DNA from: Pseudomonadota bacterium
GTDB taxonomy: Bacteria > Pseudomonadota > Gammaproteobacteria > Burkholderiales > Rhodocyclaceae
Reading direction: 5' to 3'
DNA length: 64,000 nt
Assembly: GCA_018240785.1 (NCBI GenBank)
Contig: JAFEFC010000029.1
Location: 3,865-67,864, forward strand
The translations under genes were made by a program, and so were the position numbers. The notes under the pieces are model-generated. The model worked only from the letters and a program-made list of their open reading frames with translations. It was not told the DNA's origin and made no database searches. Positions 21,985 to 30,100 of the stretch are shown piece after piece (position 1 is the stretch's first letter; the number at the start of each line of letters is the position of its first letter).

Positions 21985-23226
21985 TCAGGGTGGCGCGAAG
22001 GCAGCGAACTCCGCCGGCAGCGGCGCGTTCTCCAGGCTGCGCTGGGAGAACAGGAAGCGGCCGTCACAGACGAAGCCGAGATCGGCCCAGTCGACCGCGT
22101 TGAGCGCGTCGCGGAAGGCGGCGAGCGCGATGTCGTCGCGATGCGGGAAGATGGCCATCACCGCGCCATCGTAGTCCTTGCAGGCGTGGATGAAGAAAGG
22201 GCGGGCGACGCGCGTCTTGCCGTTCACGTAGACCCGCGGTCGCTCGCTGCGGAAATGCATGCGCCCCCACATCCACCAGTTGGTTTCGTCGAAGCGGGTG
22301 ACCTTGCGCTGCAACAGCCGCGCCTTGTGCGGCAGCAGCGCAGGCGGCGGCAGGCTGCCGGGTTCGCTCCAGATCATGCGCCGTGTGCAGCCGGTGCCGA
22401 CGGTGGAGGAGCAGACGAAGTCGCGGTTGCCATGCTCCGCATCGGCGTACAGGTCGTCGGCGCCCGACACCGCGCCGACCTTGACGAAAGCGACGTCCGA
22501 CAGACGCAGCGGGTAGTCGCCGCGGGTGAACATCAGGTGGCCGGCACATTCGATGAAGTGGCGCGTCTCCCAGCGCGGCGCGCCCAGGCTGGCGGTGACG
22601 TCGTCGCCAGCGCCGATCTCCGCATGGCGCATCGTGCGCTCGAAGCGGCCTTTCTCGAAGCGCCAGATCAGGCAGTTGGGCACCGCGTCGGGAAACACCC
22701 GCGCGTCGCCGAGCTCGATGGCGTCGGTGATGGTGCCGGCCTCGAACAGCAGCCGGTTGAGCTTCACCGCCGACGTCGCCTTGAGGAAGTCGCGCGGCGT
22801 GATGAAGATCAGCTCGCCGCCGGGCTGCAGGTGGCGCACGCACTTCTCGATGAAGAACAGGTAGAGGTTGGCGCGGCCGTCGAGGTGGAAACGCTGCGGT
22901 GCACGCTCGATCAGGCCGCGCGTGGAGGCACCGATGTCCTGGAAACGCACGTAGGGCGGATTGCCGATGATGGTGTCGAAGCGCTCGCGCTCGGGATAGG
23001 CGAAGAAATCCATCGCCAGCGCACCCGGCGGACAGTGGTCGGCATCCAGCTCCAGGCCCACCGCGCCCGGGAGGTGGCGCAGGAAGGCGCCGTCGCCGCA
23101 CGAGGGCTCCAGCACGCGGCCACGGTTGCGCCGCAGCGCGAGCATGGCCCGCACGACGGGATCGGGAGTGAAGATCTGGCCGAGCACCGCGATGTCGCGC
23201 AAGCCCAGGGCGAGCTGCGCCGTCAT
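21985..23226 (-). CDS. N6-adenine DNA methyltransferase, gamma-class (TaqI/Eco57I-like), no cognate nuclease adjacent
   Basis: SAM motif I VLEPSCGDGAFL precedes catalytic motif IV IIGNPPYV (NPPY encoded at 22951-22962). A C-terminal half of about 200 aa is consistent with a fused target-recognition domain. Confidence 0.75.
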   Translation of the reverse strand: MTAQLALGLRDIAVLGQIFTPDPVVRAMLALRRNRGRVLEPSCGDGAFLRHLPGAVGLELDADHCPPGALAMDFFAYPERERFDTIIGNPPYVRFQDIGASTRGLIERAPQRFHLDGRANLYLFFIEKCVRHLQPGGELIFITPRDFLKATSAVKLNRLLFEAGTITDAIELGDARVFPDAVPNCLIWRFEKGRFERTMRHAEIGAGDDVTASLGAPRWETRHFIECAGHLMFTRGDYPLRLSDVAFVKVGAVSGADDLYADAEHGNRDFVCSSTVGTGCTRRMIWSEPGSLPPPALLPHKARLLQRKVTRFDETNWWMWGRMHFRSERPRVYVNGKTRVARPFFIHACKDYDGAVMAIFPHRDDIALAAFRDALNAVDWADLGFVCDGRFLFSQRSLENAPLPAEFAAFAPP

Positions 23227-23368
23227 GACGCGCGCCTCGCATGCAACTGCGGCGGCGAGCGCCGACGGAACGTGGCGGGAAGGGCACGCAAGGTGCGGAG
23301 CGGCAGGGGGAAGGATGCGGACATGGGGCGTGATGTTACCAAGCCGTCACCGCACGCGGTCTTTGGCG

Positions 23369-24724
23369 TCAGCCCGCCCTGCTCTCTCGCTCGCGCCACC
23401 AGGCGATGAACTCGGCGAGGGGCATCGCGCGCCCATGCAGATAGCCCTGCGCGGAGGTGCAGCCCAGCTCGCCCAGCAGATCCATCACCTCATTCGTCTC
23501 CACCCCCTCGGCGACGATGCGCAGGCCCAGCGAGCGCGCGAGACTCGAGATGGAACGGATGATCTCGCGGTCGCGCGGCGAATCGGTGATCGGCGCCACG
23601 AAGCGGCGGTCGATCTTGACCTCGTGCACCGGCAAGCGTTGAAGGTAGGCCATGCCGGCATAGCCGGTGCCGAAGTCGTCGATGGCAAGGCGCACGCCGA
23701 GGCCGCGCAGGCGATGCAGCACGTCGGTGACCTCCTGCGACTCCTCGACCGCGACCGTCTCGGTGATCTCGACGCACAGCCGCTCCGGCGGCAGGTGCCA
23801 GAGGGTGAGCGCCTGTGCCACCAGGTCGGGCATCTCGGGATCGAGCAGATCGTGGGCGGTGATGTTGATCGACATGTCGACCGGCACGTGCGCGTCGCGC
23901 AATTGCGCCAGCGTCAGCGCCGCCGTCTGGAACAGCCAGCGGTTGAAGGCGTGGCGCAGGCCGGCGCGCTCGATCGTCGCCATGACGAGCGGCGGCTGTA
24001 CCCACTCGCCGTTGCGCCGCTGCCAGCGCAACAGGGCCTCGCCGTGCACGCAGCGACCGCTCGCGATCTCCACCTGCGGCTGGATGAACAGCGCCAGCGC
24101 GTTGTCGGCGAGGTCTTGCTGCAGTTCGGTGACCAGGTTCTGCTGCGCGGTGCTTTCCTGCTCCATTTCGGGGTCGTACAGCGCGACCCAGTCGCCGCGC
24201 TGCGATGCGGCCAGCGCCGCGATGCGCGCAGACTGCACCAGATGCAGCGGATCCTTGCCATGCTCGGGGCTGAGCGCCGAGCCGCACACCGCATTGAGTC
24301 CCATCTCGACACCGCCGATCGCGAGCGGCGGCTGGTAGAACACACGCCGGAACTTGAGCATGGCGAGATGAACCGGGGCGCTGCTGGGCAGGTTGGGCAA
24401 CACCAGCAGCCATTCCCACTCGCCCAGCACGTACAGCCGATCGGCCGGCCGCAAGGCGGCGCGCAGGCGGTCGGCGATGTGCATGCTCAGGCGCGCGACT
24501 GCCTCGGGCGCCAGCCGCAGCAAGGCCGGCTCGCGCACCACGCTGAACACGACCAGCCCCTGGCAGCTCGACGCGTCGGCATCGCCGGCGAGGCGTGTGA
24601 TGTCGGCCAGCGCCTGGCGCAGGCGCGGCAGCGAACCCGGCAGATCGACGTCGCCGGCAGGGGAACTAAACAAGATAGAACTCCGCCGGGTCGATGCCGT
24701 AGGCGTTGTCAGGCAGGGCGCCAA
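23369..24724 (-). CDS. EAL-domain c-di-GMP phosphodiesterase with degenerate GGDEF domain
   Basis: EAL signature residues are present: EALLRW, ..N.., EITE, DDFGTGYAG, KIDRRFV, EGVE, QGY. The N-terminal GGDEF-like domain has GEWEW in place of GGDEF (24410-24424). The start is uncertain: ATG 24724 overlaps the HD-GYP gene by 59 nt, and an in-frame TTG at 24673 is an alternative. Confidence 0.8.
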   Translation of the reverse strand: MAPCLTTPTASTRRSSILFSSPAGDVDLPGSLPRLRQALADITRLAGDADASSCQGLVVFSVVREPALLRLAPEAVARLSMHIADRLRAALRPADRLYVLGEWEWLLVLPNLPSSAPVHLAMLKFRRVFYQPPLAIGGVEMGLNAVCGSALSPEHGKDPLHLVQSARIAALAASQRGDWVALYDPEMEQESTAQQNLVTELQQDLADNALALFIQPQVEIASGRCVHGEALLRWQRRNGEWVQPPLVMATIERAGLRHAFNRWLFQTAALTLAQLRDAHVPVDMSINITAHDLLDPEMPDLVAQALTLWHLPPERLCVEITETVAVEESQEVTDVLHRLRGLGVRLAIDDFGTGYAGMAYLQRLPVHEVKIDRRFVAPITDSPRDREIIRSISSLARSLGLRIVAEGVETNEVMDLLGELGCTSAQGYLHGRAMPLAEFIAWWRERESRAG

Positions 24725-25958
24725 GGATGCGGTAAGACTCCCCGGTCGGTCCCAGCGGGTTGAGCATCAGATCCAGCGTGCGCGGGTAGCGCTCCACCGA
24801 CTTGTCCGGCGCCAGCAGCACCATGACCTTGGGCTGCAGGCGACGCACCTGGTTCTGCTGCAGCACCACCGCCACTTCGCCGGAGTTGAGTTCGACCAGG
24901 GTGCCGATGGGGTACAGGCCCATGCACTGCACGAACTGGTCGACCAGCGTGTCGCGAAACCTGCCGCCGCGCATGCGGACCAGTTCGGCGATTGCCTTCT
25001 GGCTGGACATGGGCTGGCTGTAGGAGCGCTCGCGGATCATCGCGCAGTAGGTGTCCATCAGGCCCGACATCTCGGCCAGCAGGCCAAGCTCCTGGCCCTG
25101 CAGCTTGAGCGGGTAGCCGCTGCCGTCGATGCGCTCGTGATGGCGGCCGATGATTTCCAGCGTGTCCGGTTGCAGGCCCGGCCGGTTGGCGACGATGCGC
25201 AGCGTGCTCACCACGTGATAGCGCGCCAGCTTGAGCTCTTCCGCAGTCAGGCGGCCAGGCTTGGTGAGGATTTCCTTGGGCAACTGGGTCTTGCCGAGGT
25301 CCTGGATCAGACCGGCTACGCCCACGCTCTCGATCTGCTCCCTGGGCAGGCCCAGGAAGCGCGCGAACACCATGAGGTGCACCGAGACGTCCAGTGCGTG
25401 GTCGTAGCTGTATTCGTCGGTGCTCTTCAGCCGTGTGAGCCACAGCAGTGCCTCCGGGTTGCGCACCACGCCAGCCGCAACTTCGGCGATGTTCTTCGAC
25501 ACATCCGCCAGATCGAGCGGCGTGTCCGCCTGCACGCAAGCAGTCAGCGAACGCAGGCTGGCCTGCACGTCGTCGATGACCGGTGCGGAATAGAGCAGCT
25601 CCTCCTCGAGCAGGCTGAGCGAGTCGCGGGCGCGCACGCGCGGCGTGCGCGCCCGCCGGGTCATGCCGCCGCGGCGCACCGCCTTGGCGATGCGGACGAA
25701 GTCGGGCTGCCGGGGCCGCGCGGGCGGCGGCAGGCCGACGAGAGGCGCATCCTTGCCATGCACCGTGGCGGCGAAGAACAGGCCGACGGACTTGCTCGGA
25801 TCGATCTCCACCGTGCGGCACAACAGTTGCAGATGGTCGATCTGCGACTGTTCCTCGATCAGGAATCCCTGCAGCAGGAAGGGCGTCTCCAGCCAGGGAC
25901 GATCGAGTTCGGCAACGAACATCCCCACCTTGAGATCGCGTGTCGACACAGACGTCAT
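24666..25958 (-). CDS. HD-GYP domain c-di-GMP phosphodiesterase (DUF3391 N-terminal domain)
   Basis: N-terminus LKVGMFVAELDRPWLETPFLLQGFLI (DUF3391-like). HD..HDLGK-type block (DHALDVSVH, IQDLGKTQLP). HHERIDGSGYP is the HD-GYP signature. Confidence 0.85.
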   Translation of the reverse strand: MTSVSTRDLKVGMFVAELDRPWLETPFLLQGFLIEEQSQIDHLQLLCRTVEIDPSKSVGLFFAATVHGKDAPLVGLPPPARPRQPDFVRIAKAVRRGGMTRRARTPRVRARDSLSLLEEELLYSAPVIDDVQASLRSLTACVQADTPLDLADVSKNIAEVAAGVVRNPEALLWLTRLKSTDEYSYDHALDVSVHLMVFARFLGLPREQIESVGVAGLIQDLGKTQLPKEILTKPGRLTAEELKLARYHVVSTLRIVANRPGLQPDTLEIIGRHHERIDGSGYPLKLQGQELGLLAEMSGLMDTYCAMIRERSYSQPMSSQKAIAELVRMRGGRFRDTLVDQFVQCMGLYPIGTLVELNSGEVAVVLQQNQVRRLQPKVMVLLAPDKSVERYPRTLDLMLNPLGPTGESYRILGALPDNAYGIDPAEFYLV

Positions 25959-26062
25959 AGACCTTGTGCTGCTCTCCGTTCCGGATTCCCTGTCTGCGAA
26001 TCATCGCACACGGTATTGTCGGCAGTATCGACCGATCCTGTAGGCTTGCTCAATCCGGATAA

Positions 26063-26082
26063 TTCCATGCGTTTCCATGCGT
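26063..26082. promoter_or_regulatory. tandem 10-bp direct repeat (TTCCATGCGT x2, then partial TCATGC) in the divergent HD-GYP / caspase intergenic region
   Basis: Read directly from the sequence. It lies 105 nt from the HD-GYP start (25958) and 116 nt from the caspase ATG (26198). An AT-rich TATTTTTAAA follows at about 26119-26128. Confidence 0.4.
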
Positions 26083-26197
26083 TCATGCCGCGGCTGGTTA
26101 TCGCCATGGCGATGCGCTATTTTTAAACTGAATCGGGCTTCTTGGGGAGCCCTGCAGCCCATCCGGATCAAGACCGCATCAACGCAGGAGTGGAGCC

Positions 26198-26992
26198 ATG
26201 GCCAAACGCGCCCTTTGCATCGGTATCAACAACTACCCCGGCACCGACAGCGACCTGTCCGGTTGCGTCAATGACGCCCTCGACTGGAGTGCGACCTTGC
26301 AGTCGCGAGGCTTCACCGTCACGACGCTGCTCGACGAAAAAGCCACGCGCAGCGCGATGGTAGATGCGATCGGCGGCCTGATCCGTGACGCACGCCCGGG
26401 CGACACCATCATATTTACCTATTCCGGGCATGGCACCTGGGTGGAAGACAAGAACGGCGACGAGCCCGACGGCCGCGATGAAGCCTTGTGCCCGCAAGAC
26501 ATCTCCACCGCCGGCCCGCTGCTCGACGACGACATCCGCGTCCTGTTCGACCAGCGTGGCGCAGGCGTGCGTCTGCTGCTGATCTCCGACAGTTGCCATT
26601 CCGGCTCGGTCACGCGCGGTGACGAGAGCGACCTCGATCCGGGCGGACCGCGCCCGCGCTACCTGCCGCCCGCCGCGTGGATGAAGCCGGGCACCGAACC
26701 CGCCGCGCCGCGCGCCAGCGCGATGAACCTGATCGGCGGCATGCGCCGCGCCGGCGGCGACCTGCTGCTGGCCGGCTGCCGCGACGACGAATACAGTTGG
26801 GACACCGGCTTCGGCGGCCGTCCCAACGGCGCCTTCACCTACTACGCGCTGAAGACGCTGAAGCAGGACAATCCCGAGACCTACGACGCCTGGCTTGCCG
26901 CCATCCGCCGCTACCTGCCGTCCACCCGGCTGCCGCAGGAGCCGCAGCTCTTCGGCACGCGCAGCGCGCGCCGCATGCGCGTTTTCGAGTAA
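26198..26992 (+). CDS. caspase family (peptidase C14, metacaspase/orthocaspase-like) protein, standalone
   Basis: 264 aa with no signal peptide. KRALCIGINNYPG..LSGCVNDA is a p20 N-terminus. Catalytic His in FTYSGHG (H78, nt 26429-26431). Catalytic Cys in LISDSCHSG (C133, nt 26594-26596). GGAG RBS before the ATG. Confidence 0.85.
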   Translation: MAKRALCIGINNYPGTDSDLSGCVNDALDWSATLQSRGFTVTTLLDEKATRSAMVDAIGGLIRDARPGDTIIFTYSGHGTWVEDKNGDEPDGRDEALCPQDISTAGPLLDDDIRVLFDQRGAGVRLLLISDSCHSGSVTRGDESDLDPGGPRPRYLPPAAWMKPGTEPAAPRASAMNLIGGMRRAGGDLLLAGCRDDEYSWDTGFGGRPNGAFTYYALKTLKQDNPETYDAWLAAIRRYLPSTRLPQEPQLFGTRSARRMRVFE

Positions 26993-27109
26993 GCCCGCGG
27001 GCCGTGTCCGCCCGGGCCGCGCGGCTGCGGCCGGGTGGCGCGCGCCCCGGCCCCCTGTCGTTCCCCACCCGCGGCCGCCCGGCCGCCATGTCACGCTCCG
27101 GAGCCCTCC

Positions 27110-30100
27110 ATGGCGCAGCGCAGCTTCACCCTACGCGGCACGACAGCTCAGACCGCGCCCCCGCCGGTGACGACCGGCGTCGTCGTTTCCAGCGTCCGGC
27201 GCCTGATCCCCGGGCGGGCGCGCGACGGCGTCGGCGGCGAGATGCAGGTCGGCGCCGACGAGGTGGTGCGTATCGAGCTCGAAAATGGCTTCGTGCTGTG
27301 GTCGCGCGCCGACAGCCTGGTGCGCGAGCATGGCCGCCTCTCGCTGTCGCGCGACGGTGGCGAGGCCTGGGAGTTCGACAGCCTGGTCGGCACGCCCGGC
27401 TCGCGCGGCGCCGGCGCGGCGCGTGACGAGCGCGGCCTGGTCGGTCTGGGTATACGGGTGCTGGATTTCTTCGGCATCGACCTCGCCAAGCACACCGCCG
27501 CCGAGCTGTCGACCTGGTTCGAGGACAAGCAGCTCCACCCGGACGGCCCCGGCCTGTACCGCTGCCCGCTGGACGATGGCTTCGCGCTGCACAAGCTCGG
27601 CGCGAACGAATCCGTGCCGCCCGGCGCACCCATGCTGCTGTTCCTGCACGGCACGGCCTCGAGCACCGAAGGCAGCTTCGGCAAGCTGTGGGATGCGGCC
27701 AACACGGCCGCCAGCGAGGTCCGGACGCGCCTGCGGCAGGTCTATGGCGAGAACGTCTACGCGCTGGAGCACCGCTCGCTCACCGAAAGCCCGATCCAGA
27801 ACGCGCTGGCGCTGGCCGAATCGCTCCCCAAGGGCGCGCAACTGCATCTCGTCAGCCATTCGCGCGGCGGACTGGTGGGCGAACTGCTGTGCCTGACCGG
27901 CAGCGCCCAGGCCACCGAGCTGCTGACGGCCGACACGCTGGAGGCGCTGTTCCGCACCGACCGCACGATCGCGCCGCAGCTCGGCCTGTTTCCGCTCGGC
28001 GCCGGCGAGAAGAAAGCGCGCGACGACGCCTATCGCCAGGACTGCGCGCGGCTCGCCAAGCTGCTGGAGACGCTGCGCAGCCGCAGCATCACGGTGCAGC
28101 GCTTCGTGCGCGTCGCCTGCCCGGCGCGCGGCACCACGCTGGCCTCCGGCCGGCTCGACCGCTGGCTGTCGGTGCTCGGCTTCGTCGCCGGCCACGCGGC
28201 GGGCGCCGACCTCTTCGCCGGCGGGCTGGATTTCCTGCTCGCGGTGGTCAAGGAGCGCACCGACCCGCGCACCCTGCCCGGCCTCGAGGCGATGATGCCA
28301 GGCTCGGCGCTGACCCGCCTGCTGCAACACCCGGACCTCCTCACCACCGCCGACCTCAGCGTGATCGCCGGCGACATCGAGGGCGATTCGCTGTGGCAGA
28401 AGATCAAGCTGGTGGCGGCGGACTGGTTCTATGGCGCCGACCACGACCTGGTGGTGAACACCGGCTCGATGTCCGGCGGGCTGCGGCGCCCGCCCAGCGG
28501 CGCGCGCTTCCGCCAGGACAAGGGCGCGGACGTCAATCACTTCAGCTACTTCCGCAATGCCCGCAGCCTGCAGTGGCTGCAGGCCGGGCTGTTGCGGGCG
28601 GAAGGCGATGCCGGCGGCTTCCTGCCGATCGAGGCCGCGCCCAGCGCGCCGCCGCGCTGGCGCGAGGCGGTGCAGCGCAGCCGCGCCGACGACACGCCGC
28701 GGCCGCTGGCGATCGTACTGCCGGGCACGATGGGCAGCGCTCTGTCGGTGCGCGGCGATCGCGTCTGGCTCAATTACTGGGCGCTGCTGCGCGGTGGCCT
28801 GAAGCGCATCTCCAGCACCGCCAGCGACGTCGCGCCGGTCGATCTGCTCGACGATTTCTATGGCCCCCTGCTCGAGTTCCTGTCGCAAACCCACCGGGTG
28901 GAGGTCTTCCCCTACGACTGGCGCATGTCGGTGACCGAGGCCGCGACGAAGCTCGCGCAGCGCCTCGCCGACTGGCTGCCGCTGGCCGAGCGCCAGGGCC
29001 AGCCGGTGCATGTCGTCGCGCACTCGATGGGCGGCCTGGTGGTGCGCGCGATGATCGCCGACGGCGGGCCGGGCAAGGCGCTGTGGGAGCGCATCCGGCG
29101 CCTGCCCAACAGCCGCTTCCTGATGCTAGGCACGCCCAATTTGGGCTCGCACGAGGCGGTGCGCTGGCTCACCGGCTTCAACCCGACCGAAGCCAAGCTC
29201 GCGCTGCTCGATTTCACCCAGGGCACCGACGACATCATCGGCATCGTGCGCGACTACCCCGGTCTGCTGGAGCTGCTGCCCTTCGCCGACGCGGCGCTTC
29301 CCTTCGCCAAGCAGGATGTCTGGAAGCGGATCTGCAGCGAAACCCGCGCCGCATGGAAGATCGCGACTGCGCCCCGCCTGAGCGACGCGGCACGCACCTG
29401 GACGCGCCTGCGCGCGGCCGCGCCCGACCCGCTGATGCGCTACGTCGCCGGCTGCCAGCCCGCCACCGTGATCGACTACCGCCTGGTGGAGGACGAGACC
29501 CTGGGCCGCCAGGGCAGCAGGCGCATCGAATTCCTCGCCACGCGCGAGGGCGATGGCACGGTGAGCTGGGCCTCCGGTCGCCTGCCCGGGGTCGACACCT
29601 GGTATGTGGAAGACACCGCGCACGATGCGCTGTGCACGCAGCGGCGCGCCTTCGCCGCCTACCTGGAGCTGCTGCAGACCGGCACGACGAAGCGCCTGCC
29701 GGCCGCGCCGCCGGCGCGCGCCCGCGGCGCGGAGGGCGAGGCGCCGGTGTTCGTGCTGCCCGCCAGCCCGCCCGCCGACGGCATCCCCGGCGAGGGCCAG
29801 GTGTCCCGCCTGGGCTTTGGCGGCGAGCTGCCGGAAGAGGACGACGCGCGCGCGCCGGTGCCGACGATCTCGGTGAGCATCCGCCATGGCGATCTGTCCT
29901 ACGCACGCCATCCGGTGGTGGTCGGCCACTATCTCGGCGACACCATCGTCAGCGCGGAAAAGATGCTGGACCACCGCCTGGGCAACGCGCTGTCGCGCCG
30001 CCACTTCCTCGGCCTCTATCCCGGCCGCCTGCACACCCATGCGCTGTTCTTCCACCCGCGCAAGGAAGGCAAGCCCGGCGGCGCCATCGTCATCGGCCTG

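Noticed and set aside
25959-27109. Search for a small partner gene next to the caspase (gasdermin-like, toxin, immunity protein)
   Set aside because: Only Arg/Pro-rich shadow ORFs occur in the flanking spacers (25959-26197 and 26993-27109). No plausible additional CDS was found.
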